Below are positions 26,186 to 35,361 of a stretch of DNA of 64,000 bases, one piece after another (position 1 is the stretch's first letter; each line of letters starts with the position of its first letter). Under the pieces are notes generated by a model. It was given only the letters and a program-made list of their open reading frames with translations, was not told the DNA's origin and did not search any database. The stretch comes from Candidatus Zixiibacteriota bacterium (GTDB lineage Bacteria; RBG-13-66-14; B26-G2; WVWN01). The position numbers were made by a program, and so were the translations under genes. The stretch spans positions 1,110 through 65,109 of the forward strand of contig JAUWLW010000009.1 of the NCBI GenBank assembly GCA_030613505.1, written 5' to 3'.

Positions 26186-28575
26186 AACTTAGGCGCGAAC
26201 AATTCAAGACTTTGGCCCGGAAGCGCGTTTTACTTCTAGACGGCGCGATGGGCACGCTGCTTCAGCGCGAAGGGTTGCCGGCCGGCGAGCCGCCGGACGG
26301 GTTCAATATACACCGCCCGGACGCGGTGCGCGCGTCGTACGCGGCCTACGTCGCGGCCGGCGCCGATATAATTTTAACCAATACCTTCGGCGCGACGAGG
26401 CGACGGCTCGCGCTCTATCGCCTCGCCTCCCGCGCCGACGAGATAAACCGCGCCGGGGTCGTGCTGGCGCGGGAGGCCGCGGCCGATAAAACCTGGGTGG
26501 CCGGCGACGTGGGCCCGTTGGGCGAGTATCCCGAGCCGTTGGGCGCGCTATCTTTCGACGAGGCGTACCGCGAATTCTACCGCCAGGCGCGGGTGCTGGC
26601 CGACGCCGGCGTGGACCTCGTCGTCGTCGAAACGATGTCGGACCTGCGCGAGGCCAAGGCCGCGGTGGTAGCGGCGCGCGCGGCTTTCGACGGCCCCGTC
26701 GTCGCCTTTATGACGTTCGACGACGGCGGCCGCGCCGTTACCGGGACGCCGCCCGAGGTGGCCGCCGTAACGCTCGTCGCCGCGGGCGCGGATGCGGTAG
26801 GGGCCAACTGTTCGGTGGGGGCGCGGGAGCTCGTGCCGGTTATTCGGGCGATGGCGGCCGCGGTGGACGTTCCGGTGTGTGCCAAGCCGAACGCCGGCCT
26901 GCCCAGACTCGTGGCGGGCAAGACGGTGTTCCGGCAGACGCCGGCCCAATTCGCGTCGTGGGTGCCGAAGCTCGTGGCTGCCGGCGCCGCGGTGGTGGGC
27001 GGTTGCTGCGGCACGACCCCCGAACACGTGCGCTTGGCGGCGAAAGCGGCCAGGGGTTTGAAGCCGCCGAGACGACGCCGGGGAGAGCGTAGGTCCACGC
27101 TTGCCAGCCGCACGCGGTTGGTTGTCGCGGGCGCGGGCGCGCCCGTCGTCGTGGGCGAACGTATTAACCCGACGGGCCGGCGCGAGCTTACGCGGGAGCT
27201 TGCGAAAGGCTCTTTCGATTTGGTAGCGAGCGAGGCCGAGGCGCAGGTGGCCGCGGGCGCGGCCGTCGTCGACGTAAACGTGGGCGACGGGGACGGCGCC
27301 GCGGGCACGATGGCGGCCGCGGTACGCGCGATTCAGGACGCCGTGGACGTGCCGGTTTCGGTAGACTCCGCCAGGCCGGAGGTGCTGGAGGCGGGCTTGA
27401 AGGCGGCGGTGGGGAAGCCGTTGTTGAACTCCTGCCCGGCGTCGGGGCGGGCGATGGCTAAGCTTCTGCCGTTGGCGCGCCGCTGGGGGGCGGCGGTCGT
27501 GGGTTTGGCGATGGACGCCCGCGGCATCCCGGCGACCTCGGCCGAACGGTTCAAATTGGCCGAAAAGTTTGTAGGCCGGGCGCTGGACGAGGGTATCGCG
27601 CTCGACGACATATACGTCGACCCGTTGATGTTGACCGCGGCGCAGGGCCGTGCGGCCCAAGCCTTCGAGACCCTGCGTGAGATAAAGAAGACCCTCGGCG
27701 TGCGGACGATTATGGGTGTGAGCAACGTGTCCCACGGCCTTCCGAGGCGAGACTTGTTGAACGCCGCGGCGTTTCTGTACGCCGCGGGCGCGGGCCTCGA
27801 CCTCGCCATCGTCGATCCCCTCGACGAGCGGATACGGGAAGCGATGGGTACGGCGTCGGCTTTGGCGGGCGGCGAGCGCGAAGTGGCTGCGTACGTCGAA
27901 GCGTTTTTGGAAAAACCTTCACGGAAAAAGGTAAGGAAGAGGAAGGTTCCGACGCCGGGCAACGAGCTGTACGAGGCGGTCGTCGACGGCCGGCGCGAGC
28001 GGGCGGCGGCCGCGGCCGCTCGAGCCGTTAAAAATTCCCCCAAGCCGTTTGCCATAAATAATAAATTTATCGTGCCGGCGCTGGAGGAAGTGGGTCGCCT
28101 TTTCGAGAGGAAAGAGTATTATCTTCCGCAGGTAATAAGGGCGGCTGAAGCGGGGCAAGCGGCGTTTAGCGTTATTGAGAAAGCAACCGATAAAGAGTCG
28201 CGCCGTCCGGCGGGCCGCGTCGTCTTCGCGACCGTGGCGGGCGACGTCCACGACATCGGAAAGAACGTCGTCGCCGCGGTGCTGCGCAGTCACGGCTTCG
28301 ACGTTTACGATTTGGGGAAGAACGTTTCCACGCCGCGCGTGGTCGAGAGCGCCAAGGCGCGGCGGGCGGACGTCGTGGCGTTGTCGGCGCTGATGACGAC
28401 GACGATGCCCGAGATGGGCAAAGTCGCGGAGGCGCTGCGGGAGCGCGGCGTCAAGGCGCGCTTGCTGGTTGGTGGCGCCGTCGTTACGGAAAAGTACGCC
28501 AAGGAGATAGGTGCCGCGTACGCGCGCGACGCCGTCGCGGCGGCGCGCGTCGCCAAACGTCTGGTTCGACGATAA
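26182..28575 (+). CDS. metH: Cobalamin-dependent methionine synthase MetH lacking the activation domain. It carries the Hcy-binding, pterin-binding, B12 cap and B12-binding modules.
   Basis: N-terminal 'LLLDGAMGTLLQ' Hcy S-methyltransferase domain. Pterin-binding barrel. 'VVFATVAGDVHDIGKNVV' DxHxxG cobalamin-binding motif. It ends after the B12 domain at 797 aa. Confidence 0.8.
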   Translation: MKLRREQFKTLARKRVLLLDGAMGTLLQREGLPAGEPPDGFNIHRPDAVRASYAAYVAAGADIILTNTFGATRRRLALYRLASRADEINRAGVVLAREAAADKTWVAGDVGPLGEYPEPLGALSFDEAYREFYRQARVLADAGVDLVVVETMSDLREAKAAVVAARAAFDGPVVAFMTFDDGGRAVTGTPPEVAAVTLVAAGADAVGANCSVGARELVPVIRAMAAAVDVPVCAKPNAGLPRLVAGKTVFRQTPAQFASWVPKLVAAGAAVVGGCCGTTPEHVRLAAKAARGLKPPRRRRGERRSTLASRTRLVVAGAGAPVVVGERINPTGRRELTRELAKGSFDLVASEAEAQVAAGAAVVDVNVGDGDGAAGTMAAAVRAIQDAVDVPVSVDSARPEVLEAGLKAAVGKPLLNSCPASGRAMAKLLPLARRWGAAVVGLAMDARGIPATSAERFKLAEKFVGRALDEGIALDDIYVDPLMLTAAQGRAAQAFETLREIKKTLGVRTIMGVSNVSHGLPRRDLLNAAAFLYAAGAGLDLAIVDPLDERIREAMGTASALAGGEREVAAYVEAFLEKPSRKKVRKRKVPTPGNELYEAVVDGRRERAAAAAARAVKNSPKPFAINNKFIVPALEEVGRLFERKEYYLPQVIRAAEAGQAAFSVIEKATDKESRRPAGRVVFATVAGDVHDIGKNVVAAVLRSHGFDVYDLGKNVSTPRVVESAKARRADVVALSALMTTTMPEMGKVAEALRERGVKARLLVGGAVVTEKYAKEIGAAYARDAVAAARVAKRLVRR

Positions 28576-28590
28576 GGGAAGGGACTGCCG

Positions 28591-29541
28591 ATGAAGATAC
28601 TGATCACGGGCGTTACCGGCTTCGCGGGCAGCCACCTGGCCGATTTCGCGCTGGCCCAGGAGGGCGTCGACGTCTACGGCACGGCGCGCTGGCGCAGCCC
28701 CAGCCAAAATATTGAACATATCGCGGATAAGATAACGGTCATAGACGCGGACTTGAGGGACGCGTCGTCGATCGAGTCCCTGGTAGCGGATATAAAGCCG
28801 GCGCGGATATTCCATTTGGCGGCTCAATCGTACGTGGTCTCGAGTTGGAAGCTGCCGTCGGAGACGATAACCACCAATATCGTGGGAACCGTCAACATAT
28901 TCGAGGCGGTCCGCCGGGCGAAGTATTCCCCCCGCATCCTGGTCGCCTGCTCCTCCGAGGAATACGGTTACGTCGAGCCCGACGAGGTCCCCATCACGGA
29001 GGAGAACCCGCTGCGGCCGTTGAGCCCGTACGGCGTGAGCAAAGTGGGCCAGGACCTGTTGTCGTACCAGTACTTTAAGTCGTACGACCTGGACGTGATC
29101 CGCACCAGGGCGTTCAACCATACCGGCCCGCGGCGAGGCAGGGTCTTCGTATGCTCCAACTTCGCGATCCAAATCGTCGAGGCGCAGAAGGGGCTCCGGC
29201 CGCACGTCAGCGTGGGCAACCTCGACGCCGTGCGCGACTTCACCGACGTACGCGACACGGTGCGCGCGTACTGGCTCGCGCTCGAGGCCGCGGAAGCGGG
29301 CGACGTCTACAATATATGCAGCGGCACGGGGTTCAGCATCCGGGAAATTTTAGAGAGGTTGATCGCGATAAGCGGCGCCGACGTCAAAGTCGAGGTCGAG
29401 CCGGATCGGCTCCGGCCCTCCGACGTGCCGCTGCTCGTGGGCGACAACGCCAAGTTCGTAAAACAAACCGGTTGGCGTCCCCAAATACCGTTCGACCAAA
29501 CCCTTTCAGACGTATTGGCTTACTGGAGAGAGAGGATATGA
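28591..29541 (+). CDS. NAD-dependent epimerase/dehydratase (extended SDR; GDP-mannose 4,6-dehydratase-like).
   Basis: 'ILITGVTGFAGSHLADFAL' Rossmann motif. 'YGVSK' YxxxK catalytic motif. The stop overlaps the ugd start. Confidence 0.6.
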   Translation: MKILITGVTGFAGSHLADFALAQEGVDVYGTARWRSPSQNIEHIADKITVIDADLRDASSIESLVADIKPARIFHLAAQSYVVSSWKLPSETITTNIVGTVNIFEAVRRAKYSPRILVACSSEEYGYVEPDEVPITEENPLRPLSPYGVSKVGQDLLSYQYFKSYDLDVIRTRAFNHTGPRRGRVFVCSNFAIQIVEAQKGLRPHVSVGNLDAVRDFTDVRDTVRAYWLALEAAEAGDVYNICSGTGFSIREILERLIAISGADVKVEVEPDRLRPSDVPLLVGDNAKFVKQTGWRPQIPFDQTLSDVLAYWRERI

Positions 29542-30866
29542 GGATAGCCGTCGTAGGAACGGGATACGTGGGCCTGGTTACCGGCGCGTGCTTCGCCGAT
29601 TTGGGGAACGCCGTTATTTGCGCCGACATAGACAGCCGTAAGATAGAGATGCTCACGCGCGGCGAAACGCCCATATTCGAGCCGGGCCTGGTGGAGAAGG
29701 TCCGCATTAACTCGCGGGTCGGGCGGCTGTCGTTTACCGACGACGTCGCCGACGCGGTAAAGAAGTCGAAGATTATTTTCGTAGCCGTCGGGACGCCGCC
29801 GGGGCCCAACGGCGAGGCGGACCTGAGCCAGGTGCGGGCCGTGGCCGAGACGGTCGGCGAGGCTATGGACGGCTACCGCTCGGTGGTCAATAAATCGACG
29901 GTCCCGGTGGGTACCGGCGACATCGTGAGCCAGATCATCGCGGAGAAGTCGGGGGGCGCTTATACCTACGACGTCGTTTCCAACCCCGAGTTCTTGCGGG
30001 AAGGTTCCGCCATCCACGACTTCATGGAGCCGGACCGCATCGTCATCGGGTGTTCGAACGCCGCCGCGGGGGAGATGGTGGCCGAGCTTTACGCGCCGCT
30101 CAACGCCCCTATTATCATTACCGACCTGCTATCGGCCGAAATGATTAAATATACCTCCAACGCTTTCCTGTCCCTTAAGATCTCGTTCATAAACGAGATT
30201 GCGAACATCTGCGAGCGGGTGGGCGCGGACGTGCGCGAGGTGGTTGAGGGCGTCACCAAAGACAGCCGCATCAACCCGGCGTTTTTCGGCGCCGGCGTCG
30301 GCTACGGCGGCTCTTGCTTCCCCAAGGATACCCTCGCGCTGGTAGATATCGCGGCAAAGGCCGGTTACGATTTCAAAGTACTCAAGGCCGTTATAGATGT
30401 CAACGATGGCCAGCGCGACCTCTTCGTGAAGAAGATTGCCGCGCGCTTAGGTAAACTAAAGGGGAAAAAGGTCGCTGTGTGGGGGTTGTCGTTTAAACCC
30501 AACACCGACGACATTCGCGAATCGCCGGCGCTGGACATTATCCAAAAACTGCTCGACGGCGGCGCCGCCGTAACGGCTTACGACCCGGTCGCGATGGACG
30601 CGGCTAAGGAAGTGCTCCCCGGCGTGGGTTACGCCGACGACCCCTACGCTGCAGCGGAAGGCGCCGACGCCTTGGCCGTAGTTACGGATTGGAACGAGTT
30701 CAAGGAAGCGGACTTCAAAGGCCTGGCCAAGGCGATGCGGCGGCCGTTGATCTTCGACGGCCGGAACATATACGACCCGGCCAAGGTCGAGGCCGCGGGC
30801 CTGGAGTACGTCGGCGTGGGCCGGCGGCCCGGCGCCGCGGCGCCGGAAGCGGATATAAAACCTTAG
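29538..30866 (+). CDS. ugd: UDP-glucose 6-dehydrogenase.
   Basis: 'MRIAVVGTGYVGLVTGACFADLGN' and the catalytic 'GGSCFPKD'. ATG at 29538 overlaps the upstream stop (ATGA). Confidence 0.85.
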   Translation: MRIAVVGTGYVGLVTGACFADLGNAVICADIDSRKIEMLTRGETPIFEPGLVEKVRINSRVGRLSFTDDVADAVKKSKIIFVAVGTPPGPNGEADLSQVRAVAETVGEAMDGYRSVVNKSTVPVGTGDIVSQIIAEKSGGAYTYDVVSNPEFLREGSAIHDFMEPDRIVIGCSNAAAGEMVAELYAPLNAPIIITDLLSAEMIKYTSNAFLSLKISFINEIANICERVGADVREVVEGVTKDSRINPAFFGAGVGYGGSCFPKDTLALVDIAAKAGYDFKVLKAVIDVNDGQRDLFVKKIAARLGKLKGKKVAVWGLSFKPNTDDIRESPALDIIQKLLDGGAAVTAYDPVAMDAAKEVLPGVGYADDPYAAAEGADALAVVTDWNEFKEADFKGLAKAMRRPLIFDGRNIYDPAKVEAAGLEYVGVGRRPGAAAPEADIKP

Positions 30867-30882
30867 CCTGAAAGGTCTGACG

Positions 30883-31824
30883 ATGACGCGTTACGTTATA
30901 ACCGGCGGCGCGGGGTTCATAGGCTCCCACCTCGCCGAACGCTTGCTGCAAGAGGGGAACGACGTCGTCGTTCTCGACAACCTCGTCACGGGCGATCCCG
31001 ATAACGTAGAAATCCTAAGCCGGTACGAGGGCTTCGAGTTCCTGGACGTCGACGTCGCCCGGCCGTACGAGCTGGACGGCCCGGCCGATTACGTTTTACA
31101 CGTCGCGAGCCCGGCCAGCCCCGACGACTTCGGGCGGCTGCCGTTCGAGATCATGGCCGTTAACTCGGAGGGGACGCGCCTCGCCGCGGAGTTGGCGCTC
31201 GAGCGCGGGGCGCGGTTTCTGTTCGCGTCGACGAGCGAGGTCTACGGCGACCCGGAGGTCCACCCCCAGGGCGAAGATTATTGGGGCCACGTCAACGCCT
31301 TCGGCCCCCGCGCCGTATACGACGAGTCGAAGCGTTTCGGCGAGGCTTTGGTCGCGGCCTTTAAACGCCACCGCGACCTGGACGTGAGGGTAGTGCGGAT
31401 CTTCAACACCTACGGCCCCCGCATGCGTCCCTCCGACGGCCGCCTGGTACCCAATTTGATATCGCAGGCGCTGGCCGGGAGGCCGCTGACGATTTACGGC
31501 GACGGTTCGCAGACGCGCTCGTTCTGCTACGTGAGCGATATGGTGGATGGGATTCTGGCTCTCCTCTATTCCGACGTAGCGGAGCCGGTCAACGTCGGCA
31601 TGCCGGAGGAGATAACCATTCTCGAGATGGCGGAGATGATACGGGACGCCGTCGACGGCGATTTGGAAATCGTATATCGGCCGCTTCCCGTTGACGACCC
31701 CCGCCGCCGCCGGCCCGATATCACCCGTGCTACCGAGCTGTTGGGTTGGCGGCCCCAAGTGCCCGTCTCGGAGGGTTTGCCCAAGGCGATCGAGTGGTTT
31801 CGCGAAAAATTGGGTAAAGCTTAA
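30883..31824 (+). CDS. uxs: UDP-glucuronate decarboxylase (UDP-xylose synthase).
   Basis: 'YVITGGAGFIGSHLAERLL'. 313 aa. Typical UXS/ArnA-decarboxylase-like sequence directly after ugd. Confidence 0.7.
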   Translation: MTRYVITGGAGFIGSHLAERLLQEGNDVVVLDNLVTGDPDNVEILSRYEGFEFLDVDVARPYELDGPADYVLHVASPASPDDFGRLPFEIMAVNSEGTRLAAELALERGARFLFASTSEVYGDPEVHPQGEDYWGHVNAFGPRAVYDESKRFGEALVAAFKRHRDLDVRVVRIFNTYGPRMRPSDGRLVPNLISQALAGRPLTIYGDGSQTRSFCYVSDMVDGILALLYSDVAEPVNVGMPEEITILEMAEMIRDAVDGDLEIVYRPLPVDDPRRRRPDITRATELLGWRPQVPVSEGLPKAIEWFREKLGKA

Positions 31825-32252
31825 TCGGGATAATCTTCGGGGAGAGCTTTTTTGCTGACGTCGAGATAGGTTTGGAGGATTAGGGCCGCCGCGGCCGCGT
31901 CGGCCGTTTTTTTTATTTTTTTAGCGGAGGCGCCGGCGGCGCGCAGTTTTTCTTCCGCGCGTTTGGTGGTGAACCGTTCGTCTATCAACTTCACCGGGAC
32001 CGAGACCCGGCGCTGTACGTCGCGGGCGAATTCCTGGACCCGCTCCGTTGCGGGCCCCTCTTGGCCGGTGAGCGTCAGCGGGTAGCCGACGACGATCTCC
32101 ACGGCGCCGGTTATCGAGGCGGCGTTGACGATGTTCGCCGCGGCTTTATCGTCGTTTTTTATAACCTTATAAGGCGAAGCGATGGTCCCGGTTTCGTCGG
32201 ATACGGCCAGGCCGATGCGCTCCTCGCCCCAGTCTACGCCTAAAGCTCGCAT
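31821..32252 (-). CDS. ruvX: Putative pre-16S rRNA nuclease / Holliday-junction resolvase-like protein YqgF.
   Basis: 'MRALGVDWGEERIGLAVSD' RNase H-like fold start. 143 aa. Confidence 0.75.
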   Translation of the reverse strand: MRALGVDWGEERIGLAVSDETGTIASPYKVIKNDDKAAANIVNAASITGAVEIVVGYPLTLTGQEGPATERVQEFARDVQRRVSVPVKLIDERFTTKRAEEKLRAAGASAKKIKKTADAAAAALILQTYLDVSKKALPEDYPD

Positions 32253-32311
32253 TAAAGTGTATTATACATAAAAAGAGCAGCCGGTTCAACGTCGTGCTGC
32301 GGCCATTTCGC

Positions 32312-32340
32312 TTGATTGTGGCATCGTCTTACTTTATAAT
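32312..32340 (+). promoter_or_regulatory. Sigma70-like promoter (TTGATT, 17 nt, TATAAT) upstream of mtnP.
   Basis: TTGATT at 32312-32317, a 17-nt spacer and TATAAT at 32335-32340. A ~120-nt leader separates it from the TTG start at 32461. Confidence 0.5.
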
Positions 32341-32460
32341 ATGCGGACGCCGGGCCGAGGAGTATCGGCTATCGGTATTGGCGGCGGCTTACTATTCCGG
32401 CGTCGCAATGTTGTCTTCCCCGGATGGTAATCTTCGTTCTCGTCCAAGGAGGTTCGAAAC

Positions 32461-33318
32461 TTGAGTAAGGCGGCGACGGCCGTTATCGGCGGCTCCGGCC
32501 TTTACGAAATTGAGGGCTTCGACGTCGACGAGCGGCGCCGGCTCGAGACGCCGTACGGCCCTCCCTCGGACGACTTGATAATCGGCACGTTCGCCGGCGG
32601 GCCGGCGGTCTTCCTTCCGCGCCACGGCGCGGGCCACCGCCTCCCCCCGGGCGGCGTTAACTTCCGCGCCAATATTTGGGCGCTCAAGTCGTTAGGCGTG
32701 GAGCGTATCTTGAGCGTGTCCGCGGTGGGCAGCCTGAAGACGGAGGTCAAGCCCCGCGACTTCGTCATACCCGACCAGCTGTACGATAACACGAAGCATC
32801 GCGCGTCGACCTTCTTCGATGCCGGGTTGGCGGTCCACGTGTCGCTGGCGGACCCGTACTGCCCCCGGGTGCGGGAACTGGCGACGGCGGCCTGCGAGCG
32901 CCGGGGCGTGGCGGTGCACGGCCGGGGTACGTACGTTTGTATGGAGGGGCCGCAATTTTCGACCCGCGCCGAATCCAACGTCTACCGCCATCTCGGCTTC
33001 GACGTCATCGGCATGACCAGCGCCACGGAAGCCAAGTTGGCGCGCGAGGCCGAAATGTGTTACGCCACGGTAGCGCTCGTAACCGACTACGACGTGTGGT
33101 TCGAGGCCGAGGACGTTACCATAGGTATGATTTTGGATAATATGAGGGCCAACGTCGCCAACGTCAAGGCCGTAGTCGAAGAGGTCCTGCCGGAGCTCGC
33201 CGCGGCCGGCGCGTGCGACTGCCAGCGGGCGCTCGAGGGTGCGATCGTGACGGACCTCGAGCTCGTGCCGGACGAGGTCAAGGAGCGGTTGCGGCCTATC
33301 CTGGCGAAGTACTTATGA
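32461..33318 (+). CDS. mtnP: S-methyl-5'-thioadenosine phosphorylase.
   Basis: 'AVIGGSGLYEIEGF' and purine nucleoside phosphorylase family II motifs. TTG start preceded by AGGAGG. Confidence 0.75.
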   Translation: MSKAATAVIGGSGLYEIEGFDVDERRRLETPYGPPSDDLIIGTFAGGPAVFLPRHGAGHRLPPGGVNFRANIWALKSLGVERILSVSAVGSLKTEVKPRDFVIPDQLYDNTKHRASTFFDAGLAVHVSLADPYCPRVRELATAACERRGVAVHGRGTYVCMEGPQFSTRAESNVYRHLGFDVIGMTSATEAKLAREAEMCYATVALVTDYDVWFEAEDVTIGMILDNMRANVANVKAVVEEVLPELAAAGACDCQRALEGAIVTDLELVPDEVKERLRPILAKYL

Positions 33319-33331
33319 GGTTCCGCCCCTA

Positions 33332-34405
33332 ATGACGCCGCGTCCTGTCGAAGTAATCCTACGTAACGTCTTGGAGGAAGTCGAGCCCTTCTTCGAGGTG
33401 GAGAAGTTTTACGGCCGGCCGCCGGGCGTGGTTCTGGTGGGGAAATTCAAGGCCGGCGGTCACGACGCCGTCGCCCGGCACTTCGAACCGCTCGGTTATT
33501 ATACGAAGGCGACGCCGCTCGCGGGAGAGCGGTGGTTGGTGGAGGTCAGCCCGCGGCGATTAGAGCGGCCGCGCCGGCGGATACTCGTCAACGTGCTTCT
33601 GTTCGTCGCGACCATAGGGACGACGCTCGGCGCCGGGACGTGGCAACGAGGCGGCAACCTGCTCCGGCCGGAGGATTGGCTTTTGGGGGTCCCTTTCTCG
33701 GCCTCGATTATGGCCATCCTGTTGTGCCACGAGATGGCGCATTTCTTCGCCTCGATGAGACATCGGGTGCGCGCGACGTTGCCCTATTTTCTGCCTGTAC
33801 CGCACCCGTTATTGGGGACCTTCGGCGCGGTGATTAAGATAGAGTCGCCCATCCCGGACCGTCGGGCGCTATTGGACATCGGCGCTGCCGGGCCGCTGGC
33901 GGGCTTCCTGGTCGCGGTTCCGTTGACGGTCATAGGCCTCCATTATTCGGCGGTGGTCTCGCCGGGGGCGGCCGGCGCCGGCACCGTTATCTTCGGCGAC
34001 TCATTGATATTCAAGTTTTTAACGTACGTCGTAAAAGGGCCGCTCGGCAGCATGGACGTATCGCTTCACCCGCTGGCGCTCGCCGGGTGGATCGGCCTGT
34101 GGGTCACGTCCGTCAACCTGCTTCCCATAGGCCAGCTCGACGGCGGCCACGTATCGTACGCGTTGTTCGGCAAGTATAGCGTCTGGGTGGCGCGCGCGGC
34201 GTTCCTGGCGCTAATCCCGCTCGGCTTCGTCTGGACGGGGTGGTTCTTCTGGGCTTTTTTAATTATACTATTCGTCCGGCTGAGGCACCCGCCCCCCATA
34301 GACGACGCCGTCCCGCTCACGCCGCTGAGGCGGCTCGTGGCGTGGGTCGTCTTCGCGATCGCGGTCCTGACGTTCATCCCGGCGCCGATAAATATATTAT
34401 CTTAG
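33332..34405 (+). CDS. Site-2 protease family (M50) membrane metalloprotease.
   Basis: 'HEMAHFFAS' HExxH in a TM helix. Downstream 'LLPIGQLDGGHV' LDG motif. Polytopic. Confidence 0.75.
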   Translation: MTPRPVEVILRNVLEEVEPFFEVEKFYGRPPGVVLVGKFKAGGHDAVARHFEPLGYYTKATPLAGERWLVEVSPRRLERPRRRILVNVLLFVATIGTTLGAGTWQRGGNLLRPEDWLLGVPFSASIMAILLCHEMAHFFASMRHRVRATLPYFLPVPHPLLGTFGAVIKIESPIPDRRALLDIGAAGPLAGFLVAVPLTVIGLHYSAVVSPGAAGAGTVIFGDSLIFKFLTYVVKGPLGSMDVSLHPLALAGWIGLWVTSVNLLPIGQLDGGHVSYALFGKYSVWVARAAFLALIPLGFVWTGWFFWAFLIILFVRLRHPPPIDDAVPLTPLRRLVAWVVFAIAVLTFIPAPINILS

Positions 34406-34420
34406 TAATTAGGAGATACT

Positions 34421-35314
34421 ATGCCCAACGACGACGGACCCGAAAAGGAACCTCCGGCTGAGGAGGCGGCGAAGCTCGAGCGCTTCAAGCAGCGCCTCGA
34501 GCTCGAAAAGCGCATCGCCGAGCGGATGAAGCTCATCCGCCACAAGATCTTAGTGGCGTCCGGCAAGGGCGGCGTCGGTAAGACGACGGCGGCCGTAAAC
34601 CTGGCGCTCGCGTTGGTCCAAGCGGGGGACAGCGTGGCGCTGCTGGACGCGGATATCCACGGCCCGGGCGTACCGCTGATGCTCGGCATGGCGGACGTCA
34701 AACCCATCGGCGGTAAGGGCGGCATAAACCCGACGGCGTACGATGAGAAGCTGGTCGTGATGAGCATGGCTTTCCTCGTCGCGGGCGAGGCCGACGCCGT
34801 CATATGGCGCGGGCCGCTCAAGATGGCGATGATAGACAACTTCCTGGCCGACATTAATTGGGGCGAGCGCGATTGGCTCGTGGTGGATACGCCGCCCGGA
34901 ACCGGCGACGAGATTTTATCACTGGCGCAGCGGATTAAGGATGCCGACGGCCTGATAATGGTGACGACGCCCCAGGTGGCCGCGGTGGCGTCGGCGCGCA
35001 AGAGCCTGACGTTCGCCGTAAAAACAAAAATGCCGGTTTTGGGCGTGATCGAGAACATGGGCCCTTTTCCCTGTCCGGCGTGCGGGCATAAAATCGAATT
35101 GTTCGGCGGCGGCGGCGGCGAGCGCGTCGCGGCCGACTTCGGCGCCCGTTTCCTGGGGGCTGTTCCCTTCGACCCCGACGTCGTCCCGGAGTCGGACCGC
35201 GGCCAACCTGTTATGGTGGCCCGTCCCGAGAGCGCGACCGCGCGGGCTTGGAGAGAGATCGCCGTGAAGGTTCGGGAAGCGGTCGCGGGGTCGGCTAAGG
35301 AAACGCAGAAATAA
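34421..35314 (+). CDS. apbC: Mrp/NBP35-family Fe-S cluster carrier ATPase.
   Basis: Walker A 'ILVASGKGGVGKTTAAVNLALAL'. C-terminal 'CPACGHKIELFG' CxxC. Confidence 0.8.
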   Translation: MPNDDGPEKEPPAEEAAKLERFKQRLELEKRIAERMKLIRHKILVASGKGGVGKTTAAVNLALALVQAGDSVALLDADIHGPGVPLMLGMADVKPIGGKGGINPTAYDEKLVVMSMAFLVAGEADAVIWRGPLKMAMIDNFLADINWGERDWLVVDTPPGTGDEILSLAQRIKDADGLIMVTTPQVAAVASARKSLTFAVKTKMPVLGVIENMGPFPCPACGHKIELFGGGGGERVAADFGARFLGAVPFDPDVVPESDRGQPVMVARPESATARAWREIAVKVREAVAGSAKETQK

Positions 35315-35361
35315 CGTGCAAGCTTGGTCAGAGGTCATACGGCGTAAACGTTACGCGCGAG

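Noticed and set aside
26548-29205. Large minus-strand ORFs (26548..27735, 27919..29205) inside metH and the SDR gene.
   Set aside because: They are antisense to genes with strong, unambiguous homology (MetH DxHxxG and others), and their composition is an Arg/Pro/Gly-rich artefact.
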